This document shows, piece by piece, positions 53,006 through 63,026 of a stretch of 64,000 bases of DNA (position 1 is the stretch's first letter; every line of letters begins with the position of its first letter). The stretch comes from an uncultured Verrucomicrobiae bacterium (GTDB lineage: Bacteria; Verrucomicrobiota; Verrucomicrobiia; Chthoniobacterales; JAFAMB01): assembly GCA_963813025.1 (NCBI GenBank), contig CAWEXO010000011.1:864001-928000 (forward strand). The letters are read 5' to 3'. Below the pieces are notes generated by a model, which did no database searches, had not been told where the DNA came from, and was given only the letters and a program-made list of their open reading frames with translations. Both the position numbers and the translations under genes were made by a program.

Positions 53006-53746
53006 CTAAAGCAAGATTCCTAAATGCTTTGCCTGGAAACGAATCGCCTCCTGGACGTGGGCGTCCCAATACGCCCAATTGTGTCCCCCGGGGAATTCCT
53101 CGTACTCGTGCCGCAGACCGAGCTTCGTGAGATGTGCGTGAAACTCACGATTATCTTCGATCAACTCATCTTCGATTCCACAGTCGATTCGCAGCGCCGG
53201 CAAAAGCGAGCGATCGATGCTCTCCGCTACAGCGTACAGGCTATGCCGGCTCCAGGTGGACGGGTCGCCCAGGATACGCGAAAACTCCGGGCGCTGGTCA
53301 ACTCTGTCGCTTCGCCCAAAATTCAACGCGCCGGAGTGACTAACCGCCGAACAGAAGAGATCCGGGTATTTCAATCCGAGTTTTAATGCGCCGTACCCGC
53401 CCATTGATAGCCCGCCGATACAGCGACCTGCTCGCTCGGCCCGTGTCCGAAATGTTCGATCGACAAAACTGATCAGATCACGTATCAGCGCCGTTTCATA
53501 AGCGAAGCCTTCCGCGGCGTCGGTGTAAAAGCCTCGACCACCGTCGGGCATCACGATGATGAGCGGCAGCCCTTCAACGTAGCGCTCGATGCTTGTTCGA
53601 CGTGTCCAGATCGTGTGATCGTCGGAAAGTCCGTGCAAAAGATAGAGCACAGGGAACGGGGCGGAGCCGTTCTCCGGCAAGATAAGGTTGGCTGCAGTCT
53701 GTTTCTGCAGGCCGGCACTAAAATAATGTAACTCACAAGTAGCCAT
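53006..53746 (-). CDS. Esterase family (alpha/beta hydrolase) protein
   Basis: YLLHGLSDD, GLSMGGYG, DCG..D, GGHNWAYW. Confidence 0.92.
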   Translation of the reverse strand: MATCELHYFSAGLQKQTAANLILPENGSAPFPVLYLLHGLSDDHTIWTRRTSIERYVEGLPLIIVMPDGGRGFYTDAAEGFAYETALIRDLISFVDRTFRTRAERAGRCIGGLSMGGYGALKLGLKYPDLFCSAVSHSGALNFGRSDRVDQRPEFSRILGDPSTWSRHSLYAVAESIDRSLLPALRIDCGIEDELIEDNREFHAHLTKLGLRHEYEEFPGGHNWAYWDAHVQEAIRFQAKHLGILL

Positions 53747-53810
53747 CGGTTTTGATCTCAGGCCGATAACATGCTGGTGAAAAGCAAATTCGAACGAGAC
53801 TCAGAAGATG

Positions 53811-53852
53811 GATGACCGATGACCAATGACTGATGACCGATGACCAATGATC
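53811..53852. repeat. Heptamer array (RatgacY) x6
   Basis: gatgacc gatgacc aatgact gatgacc gatgacc aatgatc. Confidence 0.85.
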
Positions 53853-53873
53853 GACGCCCCGGAATCCTGTCAC

Positions 53874-55184
53874 TCACTGGCCGCCAACCTCATCCGCCGG
53901 CAATCTTTTTGGAACAAACGCGACGACTAGTGCCCCGGCAAGGACCATCGCGCCGGCCAGCAGCAGGAGTCCGGACGTCGATTGCCTGGTCAGGTCGTTG
54001 AGCCAGCCAACGAGGAACGGCAGAACGAACCCTCCAAGATTTCCGACCGAGTTTACCAAAGCAATCCCGGCCGCTGCAGAAGTGCCGCTCAGAATGCCGG
54101 CAGGCATCGGCCAGAATAAGGGAAAGGTAGAGAGAATCCCGATTGCCCCGAGAGAAAGGCCGGCCATGGCGAGGACAGTCTCGTGAGCAAATCGCGCGCT
54201 GATCGCCAGTCCAATGGCGCCAATAAGCGCGGCGGACGCAAAGTGCCAGCGCCGTTCTCGGGTGCGGTCTGAGTTCCAGCCAAACCAGATCATGGCCGCC
54301 GCCGCTAGAGCGTAGGGGATCGCGGTTAAGAATCCAATTGCCAACGGATCCTTGACGCCGGTGTTCTTGATCAGTTGCGGCAGCCAGAAGCCAACGCCGT
54401 ACAAACCGCCGGCGCAGCAGAAGTAGATGAGACAAAAAAGGAGCAGCCGCGGGTCGACAAAGACCTGCCGGAGTGGCAACGCTACTTTTCGGCTATCTTC
54501 GAGACGCAGATTTTCCTCCAGACGGCGTTTCTCAGCGTCGTTCAACCACTTCGCTTGTCGAATGCCATTGGGTAAGACGAACGGCACCAGGATACCCACC
54601 ACGATCGACGGGATCCCTTCAATCAGAAAAAGCATCTGCCAGCTGCGCAGCCCTGCTGAGCCAGAAAATACGTGGATAATCCAGCCGGAGACCGGCCCGC
54701 CAATAACTCCCGTCAGAGCGATGGCCGACATGAACAGCGCGGTCACATGCGCCCGACGCTGCGAAGGAAACCAATAAGTCAGGTAAAGAATGATTCCTGG
54801 GAAAAAACCCGCTTCGGCCACGCCGAGCAAGAATCGCAGGAGATAGAAAAGAAACGCGGAATGGGCGAACATCGTCAGCGAGGAAATAATTCCCCAGCTG
54901 ATCATGATCCGGGCAATCCAAAAACGCGCTCCGACCCGTTCGAGGATCAGATTGCTTGGAACCTCGAACAGGAAATACCCAACAAAAAAAATGCCGGCAC
55001 CAAAGAAGAACACAGTATCGCTGAATTTCAGATCCGACTGCATCTGCAACTTGGCGAACCCGACGTTTACCCGGTCAAGATAGGCAACGATATAGCAAAG
55101 GAAGAGGAACGGGACGAGACGGCCGGCGACTTTCGCATAAACCGGTCCTTCGGAGACAGGAGTGGCGGCCAGGGGGGATGGCAT
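53874..55184 (-). CDS. MFS transporter (anion:cation symporter, tartrate/phthalate permease-like)
   Basis: AYLDRVNVGFAKL, FEVPSN, AEAGFFPG..LYLTYWFP, NSVGNLGGF. Confidence 0.93.
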   Translation of the reverse strand: MPSPLAATPVSEGPVYAKVAGRLVPFLFLCYIVAYLDRVNVGFAKLQMQSDLKFSDTVFFFGAGIFFVGYFLFEVPSNLILERVGARFWIARIMISWGIISSLTMFAHSAFLFYLLRFLLGVAEAGFFPGIILYLTYWFPSQRRAHVTALFMSAIALTGVIGGPVSGWIIHVFSGSAGLRSWQMLFLIEGIPSIVVGILVPFVLPNGIRQAKWLNDAEKRRLEENLRLEDSRKVALPLRQVFVDPRLLLFCLIYFCCAGGLYGVGFWLPQLIKNTGVKDPLAIGFLTAIPYALAAAAMIWFGWNSDRTRERRWHFASAALIGAIGLAISARFAHETVLAMAGLSLGAIGILSTFPLFWPMPAGILSGTSAAAGIALVNSVGNLGGFVLPFLVGWLNDLTRQSTSGLLLLAGAMVLAGALVVAFVPKRLPADEVGGQ

Positions 55185-55192
55185 GGTGTTCG

Positions 55193-55279
55193 GGAGTCGG
55201 GAGTCAGGAGTCAGAAGTCAGAAGAGCGACTATTCGGTATTCAGTAATCGGTCATCGGCTATCGGCGATCAGCTATCAG
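55193..55279. repeat. Two adjacent heptamer arrays, (gRagtcR) x4 and (NNNtcRg) x7
   Basis: ggagtcg ggagtca ggagtca gaagtca; tattcgg tattcag taatcgg tcatcgg ctatcgg cgatcag ctatcag. Confidence 0.8.
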
Positions 55280-55385
55280 CGGTCCGAGGCTAGCGTGGCG
55301 AACGGGATGGCTACAAGAACGTTTTCGCTTTCAATCGTTTCAAACCGGGGCTTGGCCCCGAAGGCGCATGGGGTATGGTGCAGCG

Positions 55386-56300
55386 ATGTTTCGACACCGG
55401 AGGTTCCGCGAGAACGGACATGAGCTCAATGAGCTGGAGCGCGGACGGCTGCGAATCGTGGTCGATAACCATGGCGCCGAGCTCGTCAGCGTCGCCCGCC
55501 AAAAGAACGACGGTAGCTGGACGGCTTATCTCTACCGGGATGGCCTTGTCTCACCGGCCACCGAAGGTTGGAAGGGTCATGCCACCATCATGGGCTATTA
55601 TATCCATCGGTTGCTCCATCAGCGGACGCTCTACGAAGGAGACGAAATTCGCGGCGGCAATCACGGTTTTCTGCGGACAAAAGATTTCGCGAACCCGGTG
55701 CTGATCCAGGATGCCGGTTTGACTTACCGGCTGCCGACAACTGAGATTCAGCCTGCCGAATATCCACGCAAAGTGGCATTTCAGCTCGATTATCTCCTGG
55801 AAGATGACGCTTTGATCGTCGCCTTTGACTTCACCAATGAAGAATCCAGCCGCCCGGCTCACGTTAGTTTCGGCCTGCATCCGGGATTTGCGGTAAGTTC
55901 TCTGGAAAACGCCCGCATTGTCCTTCCCCGCGGCACGTATCGGCGATATCTCGCTCCCGGAAATTTCCTGAGTGGCGAGACTCTCGAGTTCGAAGCAGAC
56001 GGTGGTCCGGCGCCATTTCGGCCTTTCGATCTACCGGATTCATTTCTGCTCGAAGCGGTCGATGTGGTGCATCATGTTGTCCGCCTGCAGGACTTTGGTT
56101 GGCAACGGCAAGTTGAAGTTGATCTTTCGGAAGCGCCGTTTTTCACTATCTGGAGCGATCTCCATCCTTTTATGTGCATCGAGCCGTGCTGGGGTTTGCC
56201 GGACCATCAGGAGCAAGAGCCTTTCGAAAAAAAACTCGGAATCCAGGTGATCTCGCCGGGTGAAACCTTGACTCGGCGTTGTACTCTTCGTTTTGCATGA
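55386..56300 (+). CDS. Aldose 1-epimerase/galactose mutarotase-like protein
   Basis: HGAELVS, NHGFLR, SFGLHPGF, FMCIEPCWGLPD. Confidence 0.85.
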   Translation: MFRHRRFRENGHELNELERGRLRIVVDNHGAELVSVARQKNDGSWTAYLYRDGLVSPATEGWKGHATIMGYYIHRLLHQRTLYEGDEIRGGNHGFLRTKDFANPVLIQDAGLTYRLPTTEIQPAEYPRKVAFQLDYLLEDDALIVAFDFTNEESSRPAHVSFGLHPGFAVSSLENARIVLPRGTYRRYLAPGNFLSGETLEFEADGGPAPFRPFDLPDSFLLEAVDVVHHVVRLQDFGWQRQVEVDLSEAPFFTIWSDLHPFMCIEPCWGLPDHQEQEPFEKKLGIQVISPGETLTRRCTLRFA

Positions 56301-57535
56301 ACTGGATCCACACACTGCGGGAGCGGGTCGAGTTGCAGCCGGGCGTCCCCGCGTTGATCGATCACACGGTTCTCGGAGATCGAGTTATCAGCTTCGCGGC
56401 CTTGAATCGGTTCGTGGATTTTATCTCGGTCCGGTTGCGCGAGGAAAAGATCGAGCCGGGCGCCCGCGTCCTGGTTCTGATGGAACGAGGCCAGGAGTTC
56501 TATGCTCTTCTTCTGGCGTTGCTGCAGATCGGTGCTCTGCCCATGCTCTATTCCGCGGAACTGACGCCCCGTGAACTCGGCGTCTGGTTACAGCAGATGC
56601 GGCCCGATGCCTGCGTCCTGCCAAAAAACAAATGGCTTGAACTGCAGCTCGATCGCGAGTTGCGCCAGCTCCCCAAAAAAATTCTGGCAAACACGATTCG
56701 GTTCCAAAGCCGCTGGCTCCGACTAGGGAGAATGGGTTCGGTCGAAGAAGTCGATGCGGAAGAGACCGCGCTCATGTTTCTGGTGCGTGGACCGGACAAG
56801 GAACTTGCCGTCTACGCCTGGTCGCAGCAGCAGCTCGCGCAAACCACTCAGCAGCTCGTGGCGAGCTTAAGGCTGAAAGCGGGCGAAATCGATCTTTGTG
56901 ACCGGCCGCTCCAACTCATGGCAAACTTATCCGCCGGTCTCACCAGCGTCATCCCGGTCGGTTTCAAACGTTTACAGCGAAAGACCCTGCGGCGACAGAT
57001 TGAAAAATTTAAGCCCACCCGTTCGGCGGCTCCTTCTTTCGTCTTGCGGAACCTGACGTGGAAAGGAGCGTTGCCACTGCGCCGGGTCTTTATCCTCGAT
57101 GCGCCGCTCGACCAGTCCACCGTCGAGTACTTCGCGGAATGCGCGGATCATGCAGATGTGGAGCTGATTTTCGGAGCGGATGTGCCTCTGGCAACGGCCA
57201 GCCTGTCCCACCACGCGTTGCAAGGGACGTCGACCTGGGTCGGCGAGTTCTTTCCAAATGTTCAATATGCGATTATCGAATGGCTCCCCGAATTAAATCC
57301 AAAGGAGTCTCCTTCGATGAAAAACCTCCTTCTACCGCCAGAAAAAACTGGGGAACTGGTTATCTCTGGCCCTTTCCTCCCGCAACGCCTTGGCTTGGAC
57401 GGTCAGATCGAGGAAAGACAGGTGATCAAGGACGATAGTGATGCCTGGTTGCGGACCGGGGTCAAAAGCCATTTAGACGAGCAACGAAGATGCTGGATTG
57501 ACCAGCCGGTGCCGGTCTGGCCGCGAGGCTCTTGA
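56297..57535 (+). CDS. AMP-binding (ANL) superfamily homologue, OleC-like, with degenerate catalytic motifs
   Basis: PALID..ISFAAL, PGARVLVL, GEIDL...LMANLSAGLTSVIP, GELVISGP, WLRTG; ATGA overlap with the epimerase. Confidence 0.7.
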   Translation: MNWIHTLRERVELQPGVPALIDHTVLGDRVISFAALNRFVDFISVRLREEKIEPGARVLVLMERGQEFYALLLALLQIGALPMLYSAELTPRELGVWLQQMRPDACVLPKNKWLELQLDRELRQLPKKILANTIRFQSRWLRLGRMGSVEEVDAEETALMFLVRGPDKELAVYAWSQQQLAQTTQQLVASLRLKAGEIDLCDRPLQLMANLSAGLTSVIPVGFKRLQRKTLRRQIEKFKPTRSAAPSFVLRNLTWKGALPLRRVFILDAPLDQSTVEYFAECADHADVELIFGADVPLATASLSHHALQGTSTWVGEFFPNVQYAIIEWLPELNPKESPSMKNLLLPPEKTGELVISGPFLPQRLGLDGQIEERQVIKDDSDAWLRTGVKSHLDEQRRCWIDQPVPVWPRGS

Positions 57536-57615
57536 TTCGCGTGGGCAACCGTAAGCGGGCATCAAAATCATTCCTGGTCGGCTTCCGGAACGGGATTAGG
57601 TTCACCAATATTATT

Positions 57616-57741
57616 ATGGGGGATTACAAAGGTCGAGTGAACCTGAGGCTAAGGAAAAAACGCGCGGCGAAAGAGCGACGAATGAAAGCCCGTTTCGGTC
57701 CTAAAAGGCCAATCGCCCCGCTGCCAATTGCCGAGGCGTGA
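57616..57741 (+). CDS. Small basic hypothetical protein (41 aa)
   Basis: MGDYKGRVNLRLRKKRAAKERRMKARFGPKRPIAPLPIAEA after an AT-rich leader. Confidence 0.45.
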   Translation: MGDYKGRVNLRLRKKRAAKERRMKARFGPKRPIAPLPIAEA

Positions 57742-57765
57742 TCTCAAAATCGCGCCATTTTCCCC

Positions 57766-57960
57766 ATGGACGAATTACAATTGAACAAGGCTTACAAGCC
57801 CGAAAGCTACACGTGCGTCGAGACAACATACCGGCGGGCCCTCGAAAACGGGGCTGTCGAGGTGCAAGCGCAAAAAACTCAGGAGGGCGACCCGGACCGA
57901 CGCGGCGGCTTTAAGGATCAGTTCGGGAATGCCTGGTGGATCGGAACTCAGATCGGCTGA
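57766..57960 (+). pseudogene. Internally deleted VOC/glyoxalase (PhnB-like) gene remnant
   Basis: YKPESYT joined directly to TTYRRALENGA...DRRGGFKDQFGNAWWIGT. Confidence 0.6.
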
Positions 57961-58169
57961 GTCCTCCTTCGTGACACAAAGCGCGGCGTAGCGTTCGATC
58001 GAGCTCACGCCGCGATCCGAAACCAAATCGTGCTCGTGCTCGTCGCTGCCCTCCACGGACAAGGCCCCTGGGGTGGCCTCCCCAATACGGACGAGGCCGT
58101 CCGCGCTACCGAAGCGCTCTCGCCGGAACATTATGGCAGCCCGATACTTGGATCGAGCAACATTAGATC

Positions 58170-58754
58170 ATGTTTACTGGCATTGTTGAACGCACTGGAA
58201 CTGTCGTAGATCTCGGAACTCAGGGAGACGCTTGTCGGCTCATGCTGCGTGCATCGTTTCCCGAGAGGCTTTCAATTGGGGCCAGCCTCGCCTTAAACGG
58301 CGCTTGCCTGACCGTCACGGAGAATTCGGGAGAAGAGCTAGGCTTCGATTTGCTGCAAGAAACTTTGCACCGGACGAACCTGGGCGATCTCCGGCCTGGC
58401 GACCTGGTGAACCTCGAACGGCCGCTGCCGGTCAGCGGGCGATTTGACGGGCACATCGTGCAGGGACATATCGATGCAACCGGCACCGTGGCGTCTCTCG
58501 AAGCCTTGGGAGCCGACCGTCGGCTGGCGATCGGATACCCGGCGGCGTTCGCGCGTTACCTGATCCCAAAAGGTTCGATCGCGATCAATGGAATCAGCCT
58601 CACGATTGCTGAAGTGACCGGTAGCGAGTTCGCGGTCTGGATTATTCCGCAGACTTGGAAGGTGACGAATCTGGCAGCTTGTCGAACCGGGATCCGGGTG
58701 AACCTGGAGTTCGATCTGATCGCCAAGTACATCGAGAGGCTCATTGCTCCGTAA
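58170..58754 (+). CDS. ribE: Riboflavin synthase (alpha chain)
   Basis: MFTGIVE, NGACLTV, VNLER, GHIVQGHID, KGSIAINGISLT. Confidence 0.96.
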   Translation: MFTGIVERTGTVVDLGTQGDACRLMLRASFPERLSIGASLALNGACLTVTENSGEELGFDLLQETLHRTNLGDLRPGDLVNLERPLPVSGRFDGHIVQGHIDATGTVASLEALGADRRLAIGYPAAFARYLIPKGSIAINGISLTIAEVTGSEFAVWIIPQTWKVTNLAACRTGIRVNLEFDLIAKYIERLIAP

Positions 58755-58797
58755 GAACTAAGAATGAAACGCACGGCTGACCCGGGACTTCCCACGT

Positions 58798-59202
58798 CTA
58801 TTCTGGCTCGACGGTTCGACGTTGGCGTTTGCGTTCGGCCCGGCCTTCCTTGGTTCGGCGAATTTCACGCTTCAACGCAGGTGGGCGCGGAGAGCATCTC
58901 CGCCGATCCTTTTCTCGAGCGGCTTTTTGCTGAGCCCGCACTGCCGCGGCGCACTCCTCCAGCAGCGAGACCAGCCGGCGAGCGGCTGCTTGGCGGTTGC
59001 GATACTGCGAACGCGAGTCCTGTACGGTGACCTCCGCGCCGGATCGGGTGTGTCGAAGCGTCACCGCGGTCGAAACCTTGTTGACGTTCTGGCCGCCCGG
59101 ACCGCCTGCGCGGGCGAACATCTCAATAAAATCGCGCTCGTCGAGGCCGAGCCGGTGGATCCGTCGCAGAAGCCTTGGATCAAATCGAATCATTGTCTTC
59201 AT
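58798..59202 (-). CDS. GGQ peptidyl-tRNA hydrolase domain protein (ArfB-like rescue factor)
   Basis: FARAGGPGGQNVNKVSTAV, RSQYRNR, basic C-terminal tail. Confidence 0.88.
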   Translation of the reverse strand: MKTMIRFDPRLLRRIHRLGLDERDFIEMFARAGGPGGQNVNKVSTAVTLRHTRSGAEVTVQDSRSQYRNRQAAARRLVSLLEECAAAVRAQQKAAREKDRRRCSPRPPALKREIRRTKEGRAERKRQRRTVEPE

Positions 59203-59308
59203 TGATGGCGTGGGGCGGCCAGAAAACAAATGGCGGTTGACGCTTTTCCGCGACCGCCCTATGTAGCATCGGCGTCCGTCCTGCCGGGGCGCTGCTCCCC
59301 AGCCAGCC

Positions 59309-60502
59309 ATGAACATTCACGAATACCAGGCAAAACAGCTGTTTAATCGGTTCGCGATTGCTACTCCGAAAGGCGAACCGGCGAGCACACCCGAAGAGGC
59401 TGAGAAGGCCGCGGAAGCACTCGGCACGACGCATTTAGTCGTCAAGGCGCAGATTCACGCGGGCGGGCGGGGCAAGGGAGCTTTTAAGAACGGCTTCAAA
59501 GGTGGCGTTCACCTCTGTTCCACCCCGGCCGAAGCCGGTGCGCTCGCCAAAAAGATGCTCGGCCAGGTATTGGTGACTCATCAGACCGGGCCGGAGGGCA
59601 AAGTCGTTCACCGAGTGTTGGTGGCCGAATCAGTCGAAATCGAACGGGAGAATTACCTGGCGATGCTGCTGGATCGCGGGACGGCTGCTCCGGTGGTCGT
59701 CGCGAGCACGGAAGGCGGGGTCGAGATCGAAAAGGTCGCGGAAGAACACCCGGACCAGATCTATCGCGAACCGGTTCACCCGCTCCTTGGTTTCCAGCCT
59801 TACCAGGGATTGAAGATTGGACGCGAGCTAGGGTTCTCGGGCGCTCAGTTGCGGAGCGCCGCCAAGCTTGTCGGCAATCTTTCTCGTCTGTTTTCGGCGC
59901 TCGATTGCTCTCTGGTTGAGATCAATCCATTGGTCATAACGAAGGCCGGAGATGTTATGGCCTTGGATGCCAAATTTAACTTTGATGACAACGCTCTCTA
60001 CCGGCATCCGGAGATTGTCGAGCTCCGCGACCCCTCGGAGGAAGATCCGCGAGAGATCGCCGCTTCGCAGTTTGGTCTGAACTACATCGGGCTAGATGGC
60101 AATATTGCTTGTATGGTCAATGGGGCGGGGCTGGCCATGGCCACGATGGACATTATTAAACATGCCGGGGGTAAGCCGGCGAATTTTCTCGATGTCGGCG
60201 GAGGGGCGACCGAAGAGCAGGTCACGGAAGCATTCAAGATCCTTATCTCGGACAAGAATGTCCGGGCTATTCTGGTCAACATTTTTGGCGGAATCATGAG
60301 GTGCGACGTCATTGCCCAGGGAATCATTAACGCCGTAAAGGCCACCAGTTTGCCAGTTCCTCTGGTGGTTCGCTTGGAAGGAACAAATGTTGATCTCGGG
60401 AAAAAACTTCTGGGAGAATCCAAGCTGCCGATCCAGGCCGCTCCTAATTTAGCGGAAGCGGCTCGCCGAGTGGTAACGGCGGCAAAAGGCTCACGCCCAT
60501 GA
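59309..60502 (+). CDS. sucC: Succinyl-CoA synthetase beta subunit
   Basis: [39 protein letters not shown]. Confidence 0.98.
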   Translation: MNIHEYQAKQLFNRFAIATPKGEPASTPEEAEKAAEALGTTHLVVKAQIHAGGRGKGAFKNGFKGGVHLCSTPAEAGALAKKMLGQVLVTHQTGPEGKVVHRVLVAESVEIERENYLAMLLDRGTAAPVVVASTEGGVEIEKVAEEHPDQIYREPVHPLLGFQPYQGLKIGRELGFSGAQLRSAAKLVGNLSRLFSALDCSLVEINPLVITKAGDVMALDAKFNFDDNALYRHPEIVELRDPSEEDPREIAASQFGLNYIGLDGNIACMVNGAGLAMATMDIIKHAGGKPANFLDVGGGATEEQVTEAFKILISDKNVRAILVNIFGGIMRCDVIAQGIINAVKATSLPVPLVVRLEGTNVDLGKKLLGESKLPIQAAPNLAEAARRVVTAAKGSRP

Positions 60503-60894
60503 AAATCACGGAGATAGCATTCATCGGCTACCCAGTAACGGATATTCGGCGCGCCCGAAGCTTTTATGAAGACGTGCTTGGCCTGGAGCCGAGCAGAACA
60601 TTTGGGTCAGGCGATTCACTTTGGGTAGAGTATGATATCGGACCCACCACCTTCGCGATAAGCAACATGGCGGGAGATCAGTGGAAGCCGTCGCGAGATG
60701 GGCCTTCGGTTGCTTTTGAGGTGGACGCGTTTGAGGAAACTCTCGCTCGATTGCGGGAGAGAAATACCCGCTTCCAGCTTGAGTCCTATGAAAGTCCCAT
60801 TTGCCGGATGGCGATCATTTCCGATCCGGACGGTAACTCGATTGCGATCCACAAGCGCCACGAAACGGTGGAATCCTCGCCGAGACCGCACTAG
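60499..60894 (+). CDS. VOC/glyoxalase family protein
   Basis: [32 protein letters not shown]. Confidence 0.88.
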   Translation: MKITEIAFIGYPVTDIRRARSFYEDVLGLEPSRTFGSGDSLWVEYDIGPTTFAISNMAGDQWKPSRDGPSVAFEVDAFEETLARLRERNTRFQLESYESPICRMAIISDPDGNSIAIHKRHETVESSPRPH

Positions 60895-60898
60895 CCAG

Positions 60899-61774
60899 AT
60901 GCCTATTCTCGTTAACAAAAACACTCGATTGCTGGTACAAGGCATCACCGGCAGCTCCGGTGCTTTCCATGCGCGCGCCTGCAAGGAGTATGGCACAAAG
61001 GTTGTCGCCGGAGTCACCCCAGGGAAGGGTGGCCAGAAATTCGATGGCTCCATTCAGATCTTCGATACGGTATTCGAAGCAAGGGCTGCTACGGATTGTA
61101 ACGCGACGATGATTTTCGTGCCGGCGCCCTTCGCGGCGGACGCTATCCTGGAGGCGGCCGACGCGGGAATCGAGCTGATCGTCTGTATCACGGAAGGAAT
61201 TCCCGTAATGGATATGATGAAGGTTAAAGCTGCGCTGCGCGACAGGCCCAACCGATTAATCGGGCCGAATTGTCCGGGTATCATCACTCCAGGCGAATGC
61301 AAGATTGGTATCATGCCAGGTTACATTCATCGTCCGGGGAAGATTGGGGTTATCTCGCGCTCTGGAACCCTCACTTATGAAGCTGTTTGGCAATTGACCC
61401 AAAGGGGCTATGGGCAGTCGACCTGTATCGGGATCGGCGGCGATCCGATCAATGGGACCACGCACCTTGATGCAGTGAAGCTTTTCAGCGAAGATAAAGA
61501 TACCGAGGCGCTTATTCTGATCGGTGAGATCGGCGGAACCGCGGAAGAGGAAGCTGCGGTCTGGATTAAAGAGCATCTGCGAAAACCGGTTTGCGCGTTT
61601 ATCGCGGGAGTTACTGCCCCCCCGGGCCGGCGGATGGGCCATGCCGGGGCCATCGTCGCGGGTGGGCAAGGAACTGCCGAGAGCAAGATTGCGGCGCTCC
61701 GGAAAGCGGGAATTACGGTTGCGGAGACGCCTGCCGCGATCGGTGAAACGATGGTCAAGGTGTTGAAAGCTTAG
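60899..61774 (+). CDS. sucD: Succinyl-CoA synthetase alpha subunit
   Basis: [37 protein letters not shown]. Confidence 0.98.
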   Translation: MPILVNKNTRLLVQGITGSSGAFHARACKEYGTKVVAGVTPGKGGQKFDGSIQIFDTVFEARAATDCNATMIFVPAPFAADAILEAADAGIELIVCITEGIPVMDMMKVKAALRDRPNRLIGPNCPGIITPGECKIGIMPGYIHRPGKIGVISRSGTLTYEAVWQLTQRGYGQSTCIGIGGDPINGTTHLDAVKLFSEDKDTEALILIGEIGGTAEEEAAVWIKEHLRKPVCAFIAGVTAPPGRRMGHAGAIVAGGQGTAESKIAALRKAGITVAETPAAIGETMVKVLKA

Positions 61775-61776
61775 CT

Positions 61777-62907
61777 ATGTCAATCCAAACGAAAGGCTTG
61801 GAAGGGGTTGTTGCTAACGAAACGCATTTGGGAAACGTGCGCGGCCAGGCAGGTCAGCTGATCTATTGCGGCTATGATATCAACGAGCTGGTTGGCAAGG
61901 TCTCTTTCGAAGAGATAATTTTTCTCCTGTACAACAATCGGCTTCCTCAACGGAGAGAGTTAGACGCACTCAAAAAAGAGCTGAGCTCTGCGCGCGAACT
62001 GCCTGAGGGTGTCCTGGAGTTTATCCGAAAAGCGCCCAGCACCGCCGCCCCGATCGATGTTCTCCGAACTGGGGTTTCGATGCTTGGTTTGTACGGTCCT
62101 TCCGTTTCGCTCGATGACTCGATTGATGCCAACCGCCGTCGCGCGTTGAGCATTCAGGCGAAGACCCCGGTTATTGTCGCTTATTTTCACCGAGCGCGAT
62201 TGGGAAAAGATCTTCCGCCCATTCGCCCCGACCTCGGCGAAGCAGCCCATTTTCTCTACCTGCTTGATGGAGCCGATCCGTCGGAAAAAAAGGTTAATAC
62301 CTTGGACGTTGCTTTTGTGCTGCATGCCGAACACGGAATGAACGCGTCGACATTTAGCGCCCGAGTCACGATTTCAACCCTGACCGACATCTATTCCGCG
62401 GTCACCGCCGCGATTGCCACACTCAAAGGGCCGCTTCACGGAGGCGCAAACGAAGGGGTTATCCACATGCTGCAGGAAATTGGGTCCCCGGATCAAGTCG
62501 ACGCCTATATCGAACGAGCGCTGAATGAAAAGCGAAAGATCATGGGGATTGGACACCGCGTTTACAAGGTGCTCGATCCCCGAGCACCGCATTTGCGCCG
62601 CATGGCAGTGGAGCTTAGCCGGGAAATCGGAGAGCCGAAGTGGATCGAGATGTCCGAGCGGATTGCCGCGCTGATGAAAGAGAAGAAAGGGCTGAACGCG
62701 AACGTCGACTTCTATTCGGCGACGGTCTACTATTCGCTCGGAATTCCAACCGATCTCTTTACGCCGATCTTCGCGATCTCGCGGACGGCCGGCTGGACGG
62801 CGCATATTCTCGAACAGCTTTCCGACAACCGTCTTTACCGGCCTTTGAGCGAGTACGTTGGCGAACCGGTTGGTCGAAAGTTTGTGCCAATCGAGGAACG
62901 TAGCTGA
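61777..62907 (+). CDS. Citrate synthase (short type; citrate/2-methylcitrate synthase family)
   Basis: HAEHGMNASTF, GPLHGGAN, MGIGHRVYK..DPRA, NVDFYS, SRTAGW. Confidence 0.93.
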   Translation: MSIQTKGLEGVVANETHLGNVRGQAGQLIYCGYDINELVGKVSFEEIIFLLYNNRLPQRRELDALKKELSSARELPEGVLEFIRKAPSTAAPIDVLRTGVSMLGLYGPSVSLDDSIDANRRRALSIQAKTPVIVAYFHRARLGKDLPPIRPDLGEAAHFLYLLDGADPSEKKVNTLDVAFVLHAEHGMNASTFSARVTISTLTDIYSAVTAAIATLKGPLHGGANEGVIHMLQEIGSPDQVDAYIERALNEKRKIMGIGHRVYKVLDPRAPHLRRMAVELSREIGEPKWIEMSERIAALMKEKKGLNANVDFYSATVYYSLGIPTDLFTPIFAISRTAGWTAHILEQLSDNRLYRPLSEYVGEPVGRKFVPIEERS

Positions 62908-63026
62908 CCCCGTTTCGCCTTTCACGTTTCACGTTTCGCGCCAGAAGACCACGTCTGCCGCGAAGCCGGGGGCGTGTCCGAAATTCCTTGCCAACCGAGG
63001 ATTTATGACGGTATTAGGACAAATAT

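Noticed and set aside
17717..55279. Tandem arrays as CRISPR
   Set aside because: Units are 7-9 bp with no unique spacers, and no cas genes are present
57961..58169. FMN riboswitch upstream of riboflavin synthase
   Set aside because: The conserved RFN motifs (AGGGCGGGG.GAAATTCCC.ACCG) are absent
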